The position numbers and the translations under genes are program-made. This document shows, piece by piece, positions 62,390 to 64,000 of a stretch of DNA of 64,000 nt. The notes under the pieces were generated by a model that was not told the origin of the DNA, ran no database searches, and saw only the letters and a list, made by a program, of their open reading frames with translations. The stretch is taken from contig CDRNST010000013.1 of NCBI GenBank assembly GCA_977016875.1, positions 930,001 through 994,000 of the forward strand, given 5' to 3'. The DNA is from Pavona decussata. Lineage: Eukaryota. Every line of letters begins with the position of its first letter. Position 1 is the first letter of the stretch.

Positions 62390-64000
62390 CACTGCTACAG
62401 AAGATTGATCGTCTGTAGACCTTAGCTTGAAAAACAACTTAAATCAAATTATCCTGTTAGGGAAAATTACATTACGGCCTTTAGGTTCATTCAGTTTTTG
62501 TGCCTTTCACTGTCTTTCTGTAACGTCCTACCAAAAAGATTTCACACGGTACTTTCCAATGCGTTTGTTGTTTTCGTAAATGTACTGCGCCGAACGTGTA
62601 CCGAGAAGTTTACTCGAAGCACAAAGTTGATGGGCTTATCACTGAGAAAATTAAAACATGGGCAAAATTTCACGAGTAGGCTGAATTAACAGGATTACCT
62701 CCGAAATGGATTAATATGATTGAAATTATCGGGAAATTTTTTAATTTAACGAAGCTTGAACATACAACTACAAAATGTTTTCGACAGAGAAATATATAGC
62801 TGGGGAATAGTTCTGTAAACTTCATTAAAGTTCCATCCGGGGCGGGGTGCGTCAAGACTATTTCAAACTACGGCGGTGCTTATAAGACCGCAATATAGAT
62901 GATTGTGAAAAAACAATCGTGTTTTAACAAATTTGCTGCAGATTGATGAAAACTCGCGATTAAACAGGAAACTGAACTTTTTCAAGGCTCTTGTCAACGA
63001 GAAATACACGTGCCTTTTTATCTTCATAATCAAGCGGAAAAGTGCGCGTTGTTGCTGGCCTTGCTGGCCGTTGTTAACATGTTGACGGAAATTTGTCACA
63101 TCAAACTGTAAAAGGTTTCTATAAGTCATAAATACTTTGTTTATATCACCTTATTTACTGCGCAGTTTCCTTCCCTTAAAAATCACGCAAATTGTAACTT
63201 GTATGAATTAACTATCTTTCGTGAATAATCAACTTGTGAAACAAACAACGTCAATAAACTTCACCGGGTCACGGAGAAATTCATAAGCCCCCTTATCAGC
63301 GTAGAGTCATAGATCTATGCATGTTCAAATAGTTTTAAAGACACTGGCTTCAAACGCCCTAATCTTTGGCTTGATTTTTTCCATTGCGGCCATTGCATGA
63401 GAAAAACTTTCGAGTAAAGGAAGCTGTTGCGTGACAAAAAAAAAAGAGTAAATAAATTTTGGTGACAACCGTAGCAGTTCGGCGTTTTATTAACGCTGCT
63501 GAGGCACATACTTCTTTTAATATTTCGTTTTAGCAGGGGATTATTTACCGTCAAAGGATTTTATTCTTCAGCTGGCATAAAAATGGTGGTGTAAATGTGA
63601 TGACAGTTATAAGTCAATTAAGCAATTTATTTAAGGAGATACTGAAGATGATATCAACCTCGCGCGTCAAGATGGCTAATTATGGTACACACGATGTCAT
63701 GATAAACCAACAAACTCATCTACTTTCACACAACATCTTTATTCAAGGTGAGCTAAATATGAGTTTTCTGTTGTTAGTTCCTTCCAAATATCGAGGAAAA
63801 CAAGAAAAAACATTACAAGTCCCCGCCGTTTGGTTGTTCAGAAACCGATATGCGTATTGTTTCTAGTTGTTTACAGGTTGTGATTGTCAGGATTTTGAGA
63901 GCGTTAGTTCTCGGCGCTGATAGAAAGCCCGAAACTGGTTTTTACACCCAGTTTTAGAGCGGCATTGTCTCAATCACGAATTCTAAATTTCAAATGATTG

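Larger units (their letters stand above)
55559..64000 (-). mobile_element. Sola3 DNA transposon, extending past the window end
   Basis: TTAA|GAG left terminus; 56000-56107 is the reverse complement of ~63891-63999, implying ~550-bp TIRs. Confidence 0.85.

Noticed and set aside
63672-63748. Possible plus-strand first exon (MANYGTHDV...QG|gtgag) inside Sola3
   Set aside because: Too short, and the next acceptor runs into the TIR; no supporting homology.

Overview
Eukaryotic, AT-rich, transposon-saturated genomic DNA from a marine invertebrate (the repeat repertoire suggests a cnidarian, probably a stony coral; this is inference). No rRNA, tRNA or CRISPR arrays were seen. From left to right: (1) a minus-strand host gene with three tandemly duplicated 81-bp Ser/Thr-rich exons, each repeat unit hit by a different MITE; (2) a train of four elements inside one (TA)n microsatellite: a Penelope/Naiad 3' end with a hammerhead ribozyme, a foldback element, a pogo/Tigger element carrying HIRAN-like and Zn-finger cargo ORFs, and a foldback relative; (3) a three-level nest of a RecQ-helicase AcademH relic, a Gypsy provirus (185-bp LTRs, GCCAC TSD) and an intact AcademX (1527 aa, ATA TSD); (4) a TRAF-like pseudogene, a second Penelope fragment, a Tx1/L1 LINE, and Merlin, CACTA-like and Academ remnants; (5) a 7.7-kb MuDR/MULE with TIRs; (6) a Harbinger/BEL-Pao/Sola3 nest in which Sola3 has an apparently intact 4-exon, 1147-aa transposase and a Crypton-like derivative in an intron. 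All alignments, splice calls and folds were done by eye.
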